Below the pieces are notes generated by a model. It had not been told where the DNA came from. It saw nothing but the letters and a program-made list of their open reading frames with translations, and did not search any database. A stretch of 45,855 nt of DNA, from NCBI GenBank assembly GCA_964384165.1, contig CAYLKB010000001.1, positions 2,030 to 47,884 of the forward strand, given 5' to 3'. This DNA comes from an uncultured Methanosarcinales archaeon. Lineage in GTDB: Archaea > Nanobdellota > Nanobdellia > Woesearchaeales > UBA583. Each line of letters starts with the position of its first letter. Positions within the stretch are counted from its first letter, which is position 1. Shown here in pieces: positions 9,262-18,292 of the stretch. A program made the translations under genes and the position numbers.

Positions 9262-10184
9262 AAGGAAACAATAAATATCCATTTACAGAAAAATATAGAC
9301 CTAATTGTTGGGGTGATTTAGTTTATAAAGATAAGTGGAAATTAAAGAAAAACTTTGAACTAAATAGAATTACACATCTTTTAGTGTATTCAGAGAGTGG
9401 GGGAACTGGCAAGGGTTCAATTGCCAATATAATTAAAAATCAATATGAACAAACTTTTCTTGAAATTAATTGTGGAATTGATAATGGTAAAGATTATTTA
9501 TCAAAAAGAATTGTTGATATTCCTTCTATAATTAATTGGTATTCTGGGAGAAGAAAAGTTTTATTTATTGATGAAGTTAATAAATTATCTCCTGAAGCAT
9601 TTGAAACTTTAAAAGTTCCTCTTGAAAAATATGCTCATATTTGTATGGTAATAATTGCAACTAATAATATAAAAAAAATTCCACAACCAGTTTTATCAAG
9701 ATTTTATAAAATAGATTTATCAAATCCTGATAAAGATATGATTTTAGAAAGATTAAAATATATTTGTGAAGAAGAAAATGTCCAATATAATGAAGATATA
9801 TTAAGAAATATAATTAAAGATTATTATCCTTCAATTAGAGAAATGATAACACATATTCAAGTAAATCAAGATTATTTATGTGAGGAAGTAGTTAAAAGCA
9901 ATTCACTAACAAAAAAACAAGTTAATTATATTTGGAGAGGATTTATACAAGTAAGAAAAATAATTCCATTATTAAATCATTGTCAAAAGAATAAGTTGAA
10001 TTATTATGATGTTATCAAATCATTAGAAAGTGCAACAAGAATTAGAAATGTTGCTGGTGATAAAACAAATGATATTCAAAGATTAATTGTAGATTACAAA
10101 AACAAAATAATAAATGAACAAAATTCTGACAATTTAATGGAAGAATTTTTACATAAATTTGACAAAATTTTGTCAAAAAAATAA
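9255..10184 (+). CDS. RFC/clamp-loader-like AAA+ ATPase
   Basis: 309 aa. N-terminal EKYRPNCWGDLV (RFC box II-like), P-loop ESGGTGKGS (Lys followed by Gly rather than S/T), Walker B VLFIDEVNKL, sensor region IIATNNIKKIPQPVLSRF. Confidence 0.75.
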   Translation: MLKGNNKYPFTEKYRPNCWGDLVYKDKWKLKKNFELNRITHLLVYSESGGTGKGSIANIIKNQYEQTFLEINCGIDNGKDYLSKRIVDIPSIINWYSGRRKVLFIDEVNKLSPEAFETLKVPLEKYAHICMVIIATNNIKKIPQPVLSRFYKIDLSNPDKDMILERLKYICEEENVQYNEDILRNIIKDYYPSIREMITHIQVNQDYLCEEVVKSNSLTKKQVNYIWRGFIQVRKIIPLLNHCQKNKLNYYDVIKSLESATRIRNVAGDKTNDIQRLIVDYKNKIINEQNSDNLMEEFLHKFDKILSKK

Positions 10185-10684
10185 TTTATTTTTATCCAGC
10201 AGAAAGCTTTATTAACCTGTAAATCCATATAATATTATAATACCAAAACATATTTTTATTGTTGTTTTTTGGTCGTTTAGGTATTATAATCCAAAGTTGA
10301 TTATGGTTCAGATATGGGAAATCAAATCTTGTATCTCTATGGTAATTTATTGCCCCCTTTAATATGGTTTTTGGTATGTGGGTGTAAGAAGGTATCAATT
10401 TGAGAGGTGGTTTTTCCATATATCTGTGATTTTTTGGAAAGTAAGGACATAATTGGAAGTTTCTTATAATACAATAAACACGAAAAATAGGAGTAGAAAT
10501 GGACATAAAAATGATAAAAAATAGTGTAAAAATGGATAAAATTGGTCATAATCTCGTAACTCAATTTCAAAGTATGAAATTTGACTTTACATTATTTTCA
10601 AGAAAAGTAAAAAAAATTAGAAAAATCATCTAAAAATTTACAAATTTAAGACAAATTTTTGTATGAAACTTTACAAAATTACAG

Positions 10685-10816
10685 ATGAGTAAGATGGTAG
10701 AAGTATTAACACAAGAGGAATTTGATGAGCTAACACCAGTTCAACAAGAAGAGTATAGGAACAAATTAACTTATAATTTGGAAGAATTTCGAGATATGGG
10801 AATATATAATAATTGA
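10685..10816 (+). CDS. small acidic ORF (43 aa), hypothetical
   Basis: ATG..TGA read by hand (MSKMVEVLTQEEFDELTPVQQEEYRNKLTYNLEEFRDMGIYNN). Its stop overlaps the start region of the next gene. Below the ORF-track size cutoff. Confidence 0.25.
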   Translation: MSKMVEVLTQEEFDELTPVQQEEYRNKLTYNLEEFRDMGIYNN

Positions 10817-10818
10817 AA

Positions 10819-11082
10819 ATGGGAAATAATAACACAAATACAAAAGAAAATAATGAGTTAGATGAAAAATACATTTTCACATTATTTAATGAATTTGAAA
10901 ATTCAATGCAAGAAGGAAGTATCAAGATTTCAATTAAAGATGCAAAACCAATAGTTATAGAAAATACAATCATTTATGATTATATTAAAAATAATTTTGA
11001 GGGATACAAAAATGAATATCAAGTATTTAGACATTTCATTTATACATTAGTAGAAGAACAAAAAACATTGTCAATAGAATAA
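10819..11082 (+). CDS. hypothetical small protein, paralogue A
   Basis: The ATG at 10819 is preferred over the TTG at 10813. Shares EGSIKISIKDAKPIVIENT...Y...F with the next ORF. Confidence 0.5.
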   Translation: MGNNNTNTKENNELDEKYIFTLFNEFENSMQEGSIKISIKDAKPIVIENTIIYDYIKNNFEGYKNEYQVFRHFIYTLVEEQKTLSIE

Positions 11083-11085
11083 AAA

Positions 11086-11427
11086 ATGGGAGAAAGAACA
11101 TTAGAAGAAGAAAGTAGAGATTTAATCTACAAAGAATTAACACAAAATGAAAATTTTGTAGAAGATTTATTTAAAACTTATAAGACATCAAAAGAAGTTG
11201 TTGAAGATGGGAGTTTGATATTGAGAGTTAAAGATGCAAAACCAATTATCATCTCAACATCATTGATTGGAAAATACATCTCAAAGAATTGTAATGAAAT
11301 AAAAGAAGAGTGCGAGTATCACTTTTTTAAATTATTTTTAACCAATTTAATTGGAGAATGTGTTAGTATGAACATAGGTATAGAAAAAGCACTTGAAGAT
11401 GAAAATGAGTTCCAACAAGCTAAGTAA
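11086..11427 (+). CDS. hypothetical small protein, paralogue B
   Basis: DGSLILRVKDAKPIIISTS..KYISKN..EY.FFKLFLTNL aligns with the upstream ORF (tandem duplication). Confidence 0.5.
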   Translation: MGERTLEEESRDLIYKELTQNENFVEDLFKTYKTSKEVVEDGSLILRVKDAKPIIISTSLIGKYISKNCNEIKEECEYHFFKLFLTNLIGECVSMNIGIEKALEDENEFQQAK

Positions 11428-11539
11428 GAAGGAAATAAGGAGAAATGCTTATATTGGTATTGGATTGTTAGTTATTTTGATTATTTTATTTTATTTGAAC
11501 AACAATATATATAAATAACTAATATAATTATATTTTTAG

Positions 11540-12451
11540 ATGGTTATTTTTAAAGATACTAATGGTAGTTTAAAGAAAGTTAAAGAAATTGGTTTTAATT
11601 TAGAAGAAGAAATGCAAAACCTTGTTGGTAAGAATTTAGATACAATATTTGGTCTTGAATTTGTAAGACACGAATTCTTATTGGATAATTTAAGAATAGA
11701 TACACTTGCATTTAACAAAGAAAATAATTCTTTTGTAATAATTGAATATAAAAATAAACAAAATTTTAGTGTTATTGACCAAGGGTATGCCTACCTATCT
11801 TTAATGTTAAATAACAAAGCAGATTTTATTTTAGAATATAATGAACAAACTAATTCTAATTTAAAAAAAACAGATATAGATTGGTCACAATCAAGAGTTA
11901 TGTTTGTATCTCCTTCTTTCTCAAAATATCAACTTCAAGCAATCAATTTTAAAGACCTACCTTTTGAATTATGGGAAATTTCAAGATATGATAATAATTT
12001 AATTCAAATGAGTAAAATTAAGACTTCTGAAACAAGTGAAAGTATTAAAAAAGTATCAAAAGATATTGCTACAAACATTGTAGATAAAGAAGTTAAAGTA
12101 TATTCAGAAGAAGACCACTTACAAAATATGCCTGAAAAAATCAAGTCATTATATGAAGAATTGAAAAATCAAATATATACTATTGATAATAAAATCGAAC
12201 TTGAACCTAAAAAAATGTATTTAGCATTTAAATCTAATTCTAATTTTGTTGATGTAGTATTAAAAAAGAGTAAAATTAAGATACATCTTAATTTAAAAAA
12301 AGGACAATTAAAGAGTTCATCTGAATTAGTAAGAGATGTTTCAAATATTGGTCATTGGGGGAATGGAGATTATGAAGTTCAATTATCTAATGCAGAAGAT
12401 TTGCCAGTTGTATTGTCTTTAATTAAACAAAGTTATGATTTAAATAATTAA
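11540..12451 (+). CDS. PD-(D/E)XK (NucS-like) nuclease-fold domain fused to a DUF5655-like C-terminal domain
   Basis: 303 aa. LRIDTLAFNKENNSFVIIEYKNK..VIDQGYAYL matches the D...(I/V)E-x-K nuclease core. The C-terminal KKMYLAFKSNSNFVDVVLKKSKIKIHLNLKK is typical of DUF5655. Confidence 0.6.
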   Translation: MVIFKDTNGSLKKVKEIGFNLEEEMQNLVGKNLDTIFGLEFVRHEFLLDNLRIDTLAFNKENNSFVIIEYKNKQNFSVIDQGYAYLSLMLNNKADFILEYNEQTNSNLKKTDIDWSQSRVMFVSPSFSKYQLQAINFKDLPFELWEISRYDNNLIQMSKIKTSETSESIKKVSKDIATNIVDKEVKVYSEEDHLQNMPEKIKSLYEELKNQIYTIDNKIELEPKKMYLAFKSNSNFVDVVLKKSKIKIHLNLKKGQLKSSSELVRDVSNIGHWGNGDYEVQLSNAEDLPVVLSLIKQSYDLNN

Positions 12452-12452
12452 T

Positions 12453-14204
12453 TTAATCTTTATCATATTTTAAATTAACTTGAACTCCTAACAATTTACC
12501 TTCTTCTTTCTCATCACTTAAATATAACACAATATTCTCATTATTTTCTCCAAAAATTCTTTTTTGTTCTTCTTCGTTATATTCTTGCATAATAGTATCG
12601 TATTGGTCTTGATTTAATGAAGCAATATATTGTAAGTTATCATTAATAGTATTTTCATAAGCAAGTCTGAAAAGAATTGCTCTTTGTCTTGGGTCTATTT
12701 CACTAAATAATTTACTATCGTGAAAAAGAAAATTTATATTATGATTATTTCTCGCTTTAAGTAATGTAAAATCAAATGAGAATATTTTTACTGAATTAAC
12801 TCCACCAGAACTATCATCATCTAAACTTGCTTTTATTTCATATCTTAAAGTATTAATATTTTCATTTGGTATAATCTCAATCCCACCTGCTTTATCTTCA
12901 TAAAATTCTCTTGAAAATGACCTGAATAATTGTAAATTCCTTTCTAATATACTTTTTTTATTTTTTAAACTCTTATTTGCTTCAATATCTTGATTTTTAA
13001 ATTCTAATTTTATTTCATTTATTTTATCTTCATATTCTTCTTTCAACTCTTTATATTCTACCAATTTATCATATTGTTTCTTTAATGAATATAAATTATT
13101 ATTAATTACTTCTAATTTTTCAAAAGCACCATATTTTTTTAGGAATAATGATTTTTCATTATAATCTTGTTGAAGTGTAATCATTTGTTTATTTAAGTTC
13201 ATTAATTCTTTTGTTAATTTTTCTTCTTCTATATTTAATCTATATTTTCTATTCTCAATTATTTTGTTATGAAATAAATTAATCTCATCTAATTTTTTTG
13301 TAATTATTTCTCCAAAATGAACATTTGCTTCTTCGTAAACTTTTTTGATTTTTTTTAGATTAATATCAACCTTTAACTCTTTACTCTTTGCAATGTTTTT
13401 CAATGCATTTTCTAATAAAGAAATTTTATTGTTGATAATATGTATTTGAATTCCTATTTGTTTTGTTGTTTTTTCAATTTCATTATAATTTTCAGCAATT
13501 TTAAAATCTTTTTTTTCTTTTTCTAATTTATTAATTCTTTCTTTAATATCATATATACTAAAATTTAATGAATTATCTTGTTGAAAATGTTTTTTTAATA
13601 TCTCATCATTTTCTAAATTATTTAGATTAGTTTTTATTTTGTCCAATTCTCCTTTTAATTGAAATTTGCTATTTATTAAGGAAATGTTTAATCCAAGTAA
13701 ATAACCAGTATTAATTATAGGCGAGTGAGGATTCTTATCTTCATTTTTTACATAGAAATCATAAGAGTTGTAACTTTCTTTTGTAGGTCTAATAAATCTA
13801 CTAATTAAATTTCTAAAAGTTAAATATGGAATATTAGAAGTTATATCAAAAACTTTTTGTCCCATATACTCTCTAAATTTTGTTAAGGAGTATTCTTTGT
13901 CATTGATATAGATTTTCTTTTGATTATTTGCTTGTCTTTTAATTAAATATATTTCATTATTAATCTCAACTGTCAAATAAAACTCCCAATCATTTAATTT
14001 TTTCTTAATATCAGGTATTTCATTAGAACCTAAACAAAAATGAATTAAAGCAATTGTTAAGGATTTTCCAGTTCCATTATATGTTCCCTTTCCACCTTTT
14101 TTATCTGTATCTTTTTTTTTCGCTAAAATTATAGATAAACCTTTCTCATTAAACTCAATTGTTCTAAATGATTCTTTGTTTGCATCTAATTTAATTAATT
14201 TCAA
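12453..14204 (-). CDS. ABC-3C system SMC-like ABC ATPase (DUF2326-type)
   Basis: 583 aa. N-terminal Walker A YNGTGKSLT, a long central coiled coil, C-terminal signature-like DDSSGGVNSVK and Walker B NFLFHDS. Last gene of a 3-gene minus-strand operon with overlapping stop/start codons. Confidence 0.75.
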   Translation of the reverse strand: MKLIKLDANKESFRTIEFNEKGLSIILAKKKDTDKKGGKGTYNGTGKSLTIALIHFCLGSNEIPDIKKKLNDWEFYLTVEINNEIYLIKRQANNQKKIYINDKEYSLTKFREYMGQKVFDITSNIPYLTFRNLISRFIRPTKESYNSYDFYVKNEDKNPHSPIINTGYLLGLNISLINSKFQLKGELDKIKTNLNNLENDEILKKHFQQDNSLNFSIYDIKERINKLEKEKKDFKIAENYNEIEKTTKQIGIQIHIINNKISLLENALKNIAKSKELKVDINLKKIKKVYEEANVHFGEIITKKLDEINLFHNKIIENRKYRLNIEEEKLTKELMNLNKQMITLQQDYNEKSLFLKKYGAFEKLEVINNNLYSLKKQYDKLVEYKELKEEYEDKINEIKLEFKNQDIEANKSLKNKKSILERNLQLFRSFSREFYEDKAGGIEIIPNENINTLRYEIKASLDDDSSGGVNSVKIFSFDFTLLKARNNHNINFLFHDSKLFSEIDPRQRAILFRLAYENTINDNLQYIASLNQDQYDTIMQEYNEEEQKRIFGENNENIVLYLSDEKEEGKLLGVQVNLKYDKD

Positions 14205-14439
14205 CTTCTAATTCACCTTTTTTATTTAATTTAAGAACATTAATAGTATATAAAAAATCAATGCTTAATATAAATGTGTCAAAACTCAATGTTGAAGAAT
14301 ATTTTTTTCCTTTCATTTTTTCAACATCAATCCAAAGTTCATCAACATTTTTTGATTTCTTTTTTAATCTTTCAATTATTATTGAACCAATACCTATTAA
14401 GGATTCAGAATTTTTTATATGTTTTTCTGGAAAAATCAT
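14191..14439 (-). CDS. ABC-3C middle component (small wHTH-like adaptor)
   Basis: 82 aa. ATGA overlap with the upstream gene and a 14-nt overlap with the ATPase. Size, position and the LIGIGSIIIERL...SFDTFILSIDFLYTINVL pattern fit MC proteins. Confidence 0.6.
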   Translation of the reverse strand: MIFPEKHIKNSESLIGIGSIIIERLKKKSKNVDELWIDVEKMKGKKYSSTLSFDTFILSIDFLYTINVLKLNKKGELEVEIN

Positions 14440-15374
14440 TTTTTATTTTTAATTGGTGTTTCAAATATATCACAAGTTTCAAAATAATAGGACATTAATA
14501 CTAATGTAGCATTTAACATTGCTTGATTATTATCTGGAATAGATTTGTTTAGTATATCAAAAAATATCTGATTTTCATCTTTAAATTTCTTTTTTGCATT
14601 ATCATATAATTTTTTAAATTTCTTTTGTAAAATACTTCTATTATTTGAGTTAGATTCAAAATATGTTTCTATATTCCCTACTTGTAAATTAGCAGTTGAT
14701 AATAATGCATCAATATTAGGATTAAGATTGTTAAAGGTAATTTTTTCTTTAAAATCTGGTGCAATTGCTTTTCCTATAAAAGAAGTTTCAACTGGTTGTT
14801 TAAGTAAATAATTAATAACATCAATTAATGCAGACATACTTATATCATCATATAAATCTTCTTGATTAGGAATAAAACCAACTAATGATATAATATCTTG
14901 TTTTCCTAATGAAAAAAATACTTTTTGAATTTTTTCAGAATTAAAAATTTCAAAGTTTATTTTATTATGTTCTTTCTCTAATTCTAACAAACATTTGTGG
15001 ATTGGTTCAGGAACTCCTTCAAACTTATCATTAATAACAAATGAGAAATGTTTTATTTCACAACTTTTATCCCAAAATTTGAATAATCCCTTAAAATCAT
15101 CTTTTAACTTTTTTTTTGCATTAGAGAGTGCATTTATTAATGATTTAGGAGCATATACTTGATAATAATGTCCTTTGGTTTTGTTGAAACCATCATTTTT
15201 CCTATCTCCAATGTTCCCATATGCTTTAACAGCTTGAAAATCAGAATCAAACTTTAATAAAATTTTTACAAAAAAATCTTCAAATGATTGTCCATCTAAT
15301 TCAAATAAAAGATTTTTAAATTTTAATTCATAAAGATAAAACTCACTATTATTTAACATTATAAATATTTGCAA
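14436..15374 (-). CDS. ABC-3C effector component (N-terminal Mrr/REase-like region + helical C-terminal domain)
   Basis: 312 aa. The N-terminal FEDFFVKILL..VKAYGNIGDRKNDGF..YYQVYAP resembles Mrr-type PD-(D/E)xK N-termini. First gene of the operon. Confidence 0.55.
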   Translation of the reverse strand: MQIFIMLNNSEFYLYELKFKNLLFELDGQSFEDFFVKILLKFDSDFQAVKAYGNIGDRKNDGFNKTKGHYYQVYAPKSLINALSNAKKKLKDDFKGLFKFWDKSCEIKHFSFVINDKFEGVPEPIHKCLLELEKEHNKINFEIFNSEKIQKVFFSLGKQDIISLVGFIPNQEDLYDDISMSALIDVINYLLKQPVETSFIGKAIAPDFKEKITFNNLNPNIDALLSTANLQVGNIETYFESNSNNRSILQKKFKKLYDNAKKKFKDENQIFFDILNKSIPDNNQAMLNATLVLMSYYFETCDIFETPIKNKK

Positions 15375-15508
15375 ATTTATTTATATATAAAGTTTGTGCA
15401 ACAACTTGATAGAAATAACTATTTAGGGATAATTTTTGACACTTTTATGCCATCAGTTGTTATAAATAAATAACAAAGTATATAAAAAGGATTTATAGAA
15501 TAATTATT

Positions 15509-18292
15509 ATGGAATTAAATAAGCAACAATTAGATGCAATTCAATCTATTTCTCAACCAACTTTGATTGTTGCAGGTCCAGGAGCAGGAAAAACAAGAGT
15601 AATAGTTGAAAAAATTATTTATTTAGTTAAAGAAAAAAGATATAAACCTGAAAAAATATTTGTTTCAACTTTTACAGTAAAGGCATCAGATGAGTTAAAA
15701 CATAGATTAAGAAAAGAATTAGGAGATTCTGTTGAAAATATGCAAATAGGAACTTTTCATTCATTTTGTCAAACAATGCTTGAAACATATTCTAATGATA
15801 ATGGTTTTGGAACCTCATTTAGAGTTTTAGATGAAGAAGAGCAATATGCTTTAATTTCAAATTTTGCTAATTATGGTTATAGATATGGTCTAAAAGATAT
15901 AATTAAACCTGTTCAAGTTACTGATTTAATAAATATTTTTAATAAAATAACTGAAAATGCAATTGATTCTTATGAATTGATAGAATATGTTCAAGAAGAA
16001 CCTAATAATGATGATAAAGAAAAACGATTAAAGATTGCAGAAGCATATGATAAATATATAGGTCATTTGAAAGATTTACAATTAATGGATTTTGCAAACC
16101 TTCAAAAAGAATTTTTAAATATGATTGAAGATAATTCTGAAATATTAAGTGAAATAAAAAAATCATTTGATTATTATTTAATTGACGAATACCAAGATAC
16201 TAATCCTATACAAAATGAAATCTTAAAACTTCTTGTTAATCCTGAAAATAATATTACTTGTGTTGGTGATGAGGACCAATCAATTTATTCTTTTAGAAAT
16301 GCAACTGTTGAAAACTTTAGAAATTTTCATAATGATTTTAGTAATAGTAAAGAAATTAATTTAGAAACTAATTATCGTTCTACAAAAGATATTATTGATT
16401 TGAGTAATAATTTTATTAAAGAAAATAGAACTTATGAAAAAAAAATAGGTTCTAATAGAGATTCATTTAATAAACCATTAATCATAAAAGGAGTATCTTT
16501 TGAAGATGAAGCAGAGAAAGTAGTAAAATTTATTTTAAATTTAAAAGAAAATAATAAAATACAACATTTTGGAGATGTTGCTGTCCTGTTCAAAAGTGTA
16601 AGATATCACTCAAAAGAATATGTTGAAATGTTTAATAAATTTGAGATTCCATTTGAAATAAAAGGTGATGGAAGTTTGTTAAATGAAAATGAACTTAAAA
16701 CCATTATATATTTGATGGCTTATTTGAAAGACTTTACTCCAAATGAGAAGATAATTGAAAAATGGGATTATTTGGGTTATGAATTATTATTTAATAATGT
16801 ATTAAATCTTAATGAAAAATCAATTGAAATTATTAGACAAAATATTACCTCTGAAAATCTTGATGAATTATTCATATTAGATAAATTAAAAGATTTAAAT
16901 ATTGATAAGGAAGATATTAGAAAATTAATGACATTAAAAAAGACCAAAGAAATGGTTATCAAAAAAGATAAAGGAAAAGATAAATACTCTTTAACTGATT
17001 TATTTTATGATGTATTAAGAACAACTGGTTACTTGAATAGACTTTTTGAGAATACAGAAGATTTAATGAATGAGATTATGATTTCAAATTTGGGAGAATT
17101 GAGTTTAATTATAAATAAATATGAAAACAATGTTGGAAATAATTTCAAAAATTTCATTTATTATTTAACTTATTTACCTGAAGAAAAGAAGAGAGATTCT
17201 GCTTCTAACAACGATGGAAAATCTGTAAAAATTATGACAATTCATCAATCAAAAGGATTACAATTTCCAGTAGTAATTATGGGGACAGTTACTTTTGAGA
17301 GATATAACAAAAAAAGACCTAAATTTGGGGAATTTTTTGAAATACCAAATAAACTTATGATGTTAAAGAAGGAACCAAGTGAAGAAGAAGAAAAAAAAAG
17401 ATTATTTTATGTGGCAATGACAAGAGCTCAAGATTTATTAGTATTTGCAACAACAGATGGAACACAAGTCTCTCCATCAACATTTTTAACAAATGATATT
17501 GGAATTAATAATTTACAAAGTATTGAAAGTTTTAATAAGAAATTAGAAAAAACAGCTGATGAACCTGATAAAATTAAACAAATGACTTATTCAGCAGTTA
17601 ATAACTATTTATCTTGTCCATTTAGATTTAAATTAAATTATGAATATGGATTTCAAACTAAACCTACATATTTTCAAAATTATGGGATTGTTGTTCATAA
17701 TGTTCTTCATAAATTTCATATTGATATAAAAAATAATCAAATAGTTGAAAGAAAATTAAGACAAAGAGTAAGAGAGATAGTTATTTCTTGTTGGATGCCT
17801 GTGTCCAATAATTCATCAAAAGATGAAAAGTTAAGAGAACATTTAATTGAAGAACTTGTTAATTATTATCGTAATGTAAAAGATGATATAAAGGAAATAG
17901 TTGAAATTGAAAAACCATTTTCATATATTGATTCAAATATTGTAATTAAAGGTAGGTTAGATTTAATGATAAAAAATAAAGATGATAAAATCGAATTATG
18001 GGATTTTAAAGCAAGAAATGTAGAAAATATTGATGATACATTTGTTAAAGAACAATTAAAGATGTATAATATTGCTTTACAAAATCAATATAATATTGAT
18101 AACTTAATTGCTTATACATTTAAAGATAATATGAAAACTCCATTTGATAATAGCCAAAAAGAATTAGATAAAACAAAAAAGTTATTAAATAATATCAAAG
18201 AAAGTATAATTAAGAACAAATTTGAAAGGAATTTAAACTCAAAATTCTGTAATTATTGCGATTATAGATTCCTATGTTATAAAAATGGTTGA
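15509..18292 (+). CDS. UvrD/PcrA-type SF1 helicase fused to a Cas4/AddB-like PD-(D/E)XK Fe-S nuclease
   Basis: 927 aa. Helicase motifs AGPGAGKT, IDEYQDTN, VGDEDQSIYSFRNA, TNYRS, TIHQSKGLQFPVV, LFYVAMTRAQ. C-terminal CPFRF...LWDFKAR...QLKMYN...CNYCDYRFLC, i.e. a nuclease core flanked by Cys residues. Confidence 0.85.
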   Translation: MELNKQQLDAIQSISQPTLIVAGPGAGKTRVIVEKIIYLVKEKRYKPEKIFVSTFTVKASDELKHRLRKELGDSVENMQIGTFHSFCQTMLETYSNDNGFGTSFRVLDEEEQYALISNFANYGYRYGLKDIIKPVQVTDLINIFNKITENAIDSYELIEYVQEEPNNDDKEKRLKIAEAYDKYIGHLKDLQLMDFANLQKEFLNMIEDNSEILSEIKKSFDYYLIDEYQDTNPIQNEILKLLVNPENNITCVGDEDQSIYSFRNATVENFRNFHNDFSNSKEINLETNYRSTKDIIDLSNNFIKENRTYEKKIGSNRDSFNKPLIIKGVSFEDEAEKVVKFILNLKENNKIQHFGDVAVLFKSVRYHSKEYVEMFNKFEIPFEIKGDGSLLNENELKTIIYLMAYLKDFTPNEKIIEKWDYLGYELLFNNVLNLNEKSIEIIRQNITSENLDELFILDKLKDLNIDKEDIRKLMTLKKTKEMVIKKDKGKDKYSLTDLFYDVLRTTGYLNRLFENTEDLMNEIMISNLGELSLIINKYENNVGNNFKNFIYYLTYLPEEKKRDSASNNDGKSVKIMTIHQSKGLQFPVVIMGTVTFERYNKKRPKFGEFFEIPNKLMMLKKEPSEEEEKKRLFYVAMTRAQDLLVFATTDGTQVSPSTFLTNDIGINNLQSIESFNKKLEKTADEPDKIKQMTYSAVNNYLSCPFRFKLNYEYGFQTKPTYFQNYGIVVHNVLHKFHIDIKNNQIVERKLRQRVREIVISCWMPVSNNSSKDEKLREHLIEELVNYYRNVKDDIKEIVEIEKPFSYIDSNIVIKGRLDLMIKNKDDKIELWDFKARNVENIDDTFVKEQLKMYNIALQNQYNIDNLIAYTFKDNMKTPFDNSQKELDKTKKLLNNIKESIIKNKFERNLNSKFCNYCDYRFLCYKNG

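Noticed and set aside
10192-10973. Minus-strand ORFs 10192..10506, 10337..10570 and 10671..10973
   Set aside because: They have an aromatic/Ile-rich composition typical of random AT-rich frames. The third is antisense to better + ORFs with a paralogue relationship.
14417-14430. TTTCTGGAAA inside the ABC-3C middle-component gene, which matches the 10 nt across the right att junction
   Set aside because: It lies within a coding region, has no inverted arms or tRNA-like context, and a 10-mer match is plausible by chance in this AT-rich sequence. It is not considered an additional att site.
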